Shown here: piece after piece, positions 60,683 through 64,000 of the stretch
How positions within the stretch are numbered: the stretch's first letter is position 1
Layout of the letters: every line of letters begins with the position of its first letter
Assembly (NCBI GenBank): GCA_965262115.1
Contig: OZ253496.1
Span: 1,856,001 to 1,920,000, forward strand
Source of the DNA: Nitrospinales bacterium
GTDB taxonomy: Bacteria; Nitrospinota; Nitrospinia; Nitrospinales; VA-1
Reading direction: 5' to 3'
Length of the DNA: 64,000 bases
Program-made: the position numbers and the translations under genes
The notes under the pieces: generated by a model
Database searches by the model: none
What the model was told of the DNA's origin: nothing
What the model saw: the letters and a program-made list of their open reading frames with translations, nothing else

Positions 60683-61978
60683 ATGATTGAAGTGAAACCG
60701 TTCCATGGCCTGCTGTACAACACCAAGGTCACCGGACCTCTCAAAGAGGTCACCGCTCCGCCTTATGATGTGATTTCTCCCGCACTTCAGGAGTCTCTGT
60801 ACCAGAAAAATCCGCATAATATCGTGCGCCTGATTTTAGGCAGGGAGTTTTCCACCGACTCGGAAATGGACAACCGCTATAGCCGTTCCGCAGACACATT
60901 CCGACAATGGCTGGCAGAGGGGGTTCTCGTTCGCGATTCGCAACCGGGATTTTATTTATATAGTCAGGAGTATGAATTCGAGGGAGAAAAATTTTGCCGC
61001 ACGGGTTTTTTCGCACGCGTCAAAACGGAAGCATTCAGCGAAGGCAATATCCTTCCGCATGAGTTCACGCTTTCCAAAGCCAAGACTGACCGCACCCGTT
61101 TGCTCAATGCCTGCCACGCCAATTTCAGTCCAATTTTCGGGCTTTATTCCGACCCCGAAGGTAAAATCGATGCTCTACTCAAGGACGAAGGCAATCTGGA
61201 ACCTTTGTCTGTGATTGATGACGGCAGTGTTGTGCACCGCATCTGGCGCTTGACCAATTCCGCCATCTGCCGGAAACTCTCTGACCAGATGGGTGACAAA
61301 AAAATATATATCGCCGATGGGCACCACCGTTATGAAACCGCTCTGGCTTTCGCGGAAGCTAATCAAGGCAAAGTAGAAGATTGCGCCCATGTCATGATGT
61401 TCCTGACCAATATGGATTCGGACTCCATGTCGATCTTCCCCATTCATCGAGTGGTGAAAAGTCCGGAACCGTTTGACCGCGAGTCGTTCCTTAAAAAAGC
61501 CGGAGAATATTTTGACATCACCCCCTGGTCTGGTCCGCTAAATGGAGCAGAAGTAAAATCCAAACTACAAGAACTGGGGAACGCGCAAATCACTTTCTGC
61601 GCTTATATGGGGAAAGACCACACCTTCATTTTGAAAGTTAAGGACCCCAAAAACGTTGTGTCCCTTTTAGACCGTGACGAACCCGAGGACATGCGGGTTC
61701 TTGATGTCGCTCAACTGCACGCCCTTCTTTTCAGGCACATCCTCAAGATCGATACCCGGGAGAAGTCCGGCCAACAATATGTTTCCTACAAGGTCAATTC
61801 TGAGGAAGCGATGGAAATGGTAGATAGCGGCGAATACGATGTGACATTTTTCATGAACCCCACTCTCATAGAGCACGTGCGCCGGTTGGCGGAAAAGGGT
61901 GTGCGTCTTCCGCAAAAGGCCACCTTTTTCTATCCCAAACTTTTATCGGGACTGGTCATCAACAAATTCGGACCATGA
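60683..61978 (+). CDS. DUF1015 family protein
   Basis: PPYDVIS, I.PHE.T, YIADGHHRYET, LPQKATFFYPK. Confidence 0.9.
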   Translation: MIEVKPFHGLLYNTKVTGPLKEVTAPPYDVISPALQESLYQKNPHNIVRLILGREFSTDSEMDNRYSRSADTFRQWLAEGVLVRDSQPGFYLYSQEYEFEGEKFCRTGFFARVKTEAFSEGNILPHEFTLSKAKTDRTRLLNACHANFSPIFGLYSDPEGKIDALLKDEGNLEPLSVIDDGSVVHRIWRLTNSAICRKLSDQMGDKKIYIADGHHRYETALAFAEANQGKVEDCAHVMMFLTNMDSDSMSIFPIHRVVKSPEPFDRESFLKKAGEYFDITPWSGPLNGAEVKSKLQELGNAQITFCAYMGKDHTFILKVKDPKNVVSLLDRDEPEDMRVLDVAQLHALLFRHILKIDTREKSGQQYVSYKVNSEEAMEMVDSGEYDVTFFMNPTLIEHVRRLAEKGVRLPQKATFFYPKLLSGLVINKFGP

Positions 61979-62039
61979 AAATATTTTTCAGTATTGTTGT
62001 CTACGATCATAGGGAGTTGGCCATCAATAGATTTGGACT

Positions 62040-62660
62040 ATGAAAATTATATCCACGGAGTTTATAACCGGGGCCGTTTCGGCCAAGCAATACCCGAAAG
62101 GAGCACTTCCTGAATTCGCGTTTGTTGGCCGTTCCAATGTGGGCAAGTCCTCTCTCATCAAATCCTTGCTCAACCGGAAAAAGCTGGTTCGCATCAGTTC
62201 TTCCCCCGGCAAAACCCGAGAAATTAATTTTTTCAACATCAATGATGCCATGATGTTTGCTGACCTTCCGGGTTATGGATTTGCCAGAGTCCCCCCGGCC
62301 CTGCAGAAGCAGTGGAAAAAAATGATCGAGGAATATCTGACCCAGCGCGAACCTCTCACCGCCATCGTGTTCATCGTTGATGTTCGGCGTAAACCGACTG
62401 AGTTGGATTTGACCTTGAAAGAATGGCTGGAGGAATTGGATAGAAACTATATTCTGGCGATCACCAAGGCCGACAAACTCTCCGCCTCGGAGCGTAGTAA
62501 ACAGGTGAAAATAATTAAAGCCGCATTCATGGGTAAAAACGCTCTGGACTTCACGGTCTACTCCAGCAAAAACCATACGGGCAGAAAAGAACTCTGGGCC
62601 CAACTACAAAAGCTGACCCGCGCCAGCCATGCGTCCGGTGGCCACGATGTTCTTTCTTAG
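62040..62660 (+). CDS. engB: ribosome biogenesis GTPase YihA/YsxC
   Basis: GRSNVGKSS, PGKTR, DLPGYG, TKADK. Confidence 0.95.
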   Translation: MKIISTEFITGAVSAKQYPKGALPEFAFVGRSNVGKSSLIKSLLNRKKLVRISSSPGKTREINFFNINDAMMFADLPGYGFARVPPALQKQWKKMIEEYLTQREPLTAIVFIVDVRRKPTELDLTLKEWLEELDRNYILAITKADKLSASERSKQVKIIKAAFMGKNALDFTVYSSKNHTGRKELWAQLQKLTRASHASGGHDVLS

Positions 62661-63090
62661 CCCGTGAGCCTTAACAAAGACTTCTTTGAAAACAAGGTCG
62701 GCTTATTAATTTTTAAGAACCCGTCTATTCTAAAGGCAATATAAATTTATGCGACGTTGGGTCCACACGTCCCGTTACAATTTCCTGATAAATGTGGGGC
62801 TCTTCGCAGTAAGCGCTCTGGTTTCACTGTTTCTTTTTGACTGAGTTTTTACTAAGTATGAAAAAACTTTCCTCCTGAGTTCATCCAAAGATATTCAGGT
62901 TTTAGAAAATAAAACTTACGATTTAGCTTCCCTGGGCTTTAAAGAAAAACCGGTTTCGGCTCACAAAAACCCTGATACAAATGGTGGGCACTGAAATAGT
63001 CTCATCCGCTTACCAGTCCTGGCTCCGGGAGCAACCTTGATGTTAAATAGCACTTATCAACCAGGCATTATAGAATACAAAGCATAAAAT

Positions 63091-63121
63091 AAAAAACCCC
63101 TTCCCCAAAAAGGGAAGGGGT
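63091..63121 (-). terminator. intrinsic terminator of the ferredoxin gene
   Basis: accccttccc/gggaaggggt stem followed by a T-run on the minus strand. Confidence 0.75.
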
Positions 63122-63186
63122 AATGATTGGGTGCCAGTTCTGCCTTATTGCTTCGCCCAAAAAGTTTTGCCTTCGGTCGCTAGTCG

Positions 63187-63513
63187 TTATCCCCAAAGTT
63201 CGTCCGGGACTTCCAGGCGGTCTATCTTTTTACCTTGGGCAATATGCTGATCAAGAATTTCATCCACATCTTCCGGCTGGACCTGCTGGTACCAGACACC
63301 ATCCGGGTAAACGACAACGACAGGGCCTACTCCACAAGGGCCAAGGCATCCGGTATTAGCAACCATGCATTTGCCAAACAACCCTTTTTGCTCCAGCCCC
63401 ATTGCTATCTTTTCAAAAATGGCATTGGAACCCGCTTCTCCACAGGAGCCTCTGGGGTGCCCCGGCGGACGGCTGTTGGTACACACTAAAATATGATAAC
63501 TTGGTTTCGGCAT
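63187..63513 (-). CDS. thioredoxin-like [2Fe-2S] ferredoxin
   Basis: VCTN.R....GSC...TGCLGPC..GP.VVVYPDGVWY. Confidence 0.92.
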   Translation of the reverse strand: MPKPSYHILVCTNSRPPGHPRGSCGEAGSNAIFEKIAMGLEQKGLFGKCMVANTGCLGPCGVGPVVVVYPDGVWYQQVQPEDVDEILDQHIAQGKKIDRLEVPDELWG

Positions 63514-63588
63514 CAGTAAATCTCCGTTCAGGTTTATTGAAAAACAGAATGCTACATTAGATGTTTGATAAAGGGAATAGTTTTTTTG

Positions 63589-64000
63589 ATGAAAGTTTTC
63601 AACACAAAACCGGATAAGAAAGAGGACTCCCCAAAAAATCGGTTTGACGGGGACTATTTAAAATCATGGCTGGAACCTCTTATCAAGGAACCTATCTCCC
63701 GCTTTGAGTTTTTCGCCCTGAAAGGCGATGCATCCGACCGAAGTTATTTCCGCATCAACTATTTCCATCATTCCAAAGAAGCATCATCGATCATTGTCAT
63801 GCAATTGAAGAAACAGGGCCCTGAAAATGAACCGGACTTCAACCGCATGCAAAAATTCCTGACACATCTGGATATACCGGTTCCTGAAATTTTATATTAC
63901 GATGCCGACAGAGGACTGCTTTTCCTTGAAGATGGGGGCGACAAGCATTTGGAGGATCTGGTCCACAATTCCCTCGGGGATATTATTTCCTGGTACCAGA
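63589..64000 (+). CDS. APH-fold phosphotransferase, AmgK-like (runs off the window)
   Basis: Not in the ORF track. Open frame from ATG 63589 containing LKGDASDRSYFRI...VPEI...LLFLEDGGD. Confidence 0.8.
   Translation, partial: MKVFNTKPDKKEDSPKNRFDGDYLKSWLEPLIKEPISRFEFFALKGDASDRSYFRINYFHHSKEASSIIVMQLKKQGPENEPDFNRMQKFLTHLDIPVPEILYYDADRGLLFLEDGGDKHLEDLVHNSLGDIISWYQ

Noticed and set aside
62661..63090. Possible ncRNA or small gene in a 430-bp intergenic gap
   Set aside because: No convincing RBS-ORF, conserved motif or extended structure was visible by eye; an Rfam scan would be needed.

Overview
Bacterial chromosomal window, most consistent with a Nitrospinota (Nitrospina-like) genome. That is inferred from the UBact-type proteasome operon and the overall gene content; no database search was run. 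Housekeeping genes include mdh, icd, glnD, pheA-tyrA-cmk-rpsA-sppA-IHF/HU-aroC, an RpoH-like sigma factor, fumC, nadA, dinG and engB. Larger modules are a complete arc-dop-prcA-ubact-prcB-pafA operon (the ubact gene is missing from the supplied ORF track), two tandem B12 radical SAM genes and a cytochrome c operon with about 25 heme motifs. There are also several toxin-antitoxin genes and remnants, and an AT-rich candidate defence islet behind a tRNA 3' fragment. The most striking signal is intergenic. A ~40-bp element (YRTGAT...TGCCC-loop-GGGTA) occurs 14 times, inserted precisely and without target duplication into other repeats, into an IS3 reading frame and into itself. An IS110 element sits inside one copy. 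Its left end encodes a readable bridge RNA whose target guides spell the micro-element hairpin and whose donor guides spell its own circle junction.
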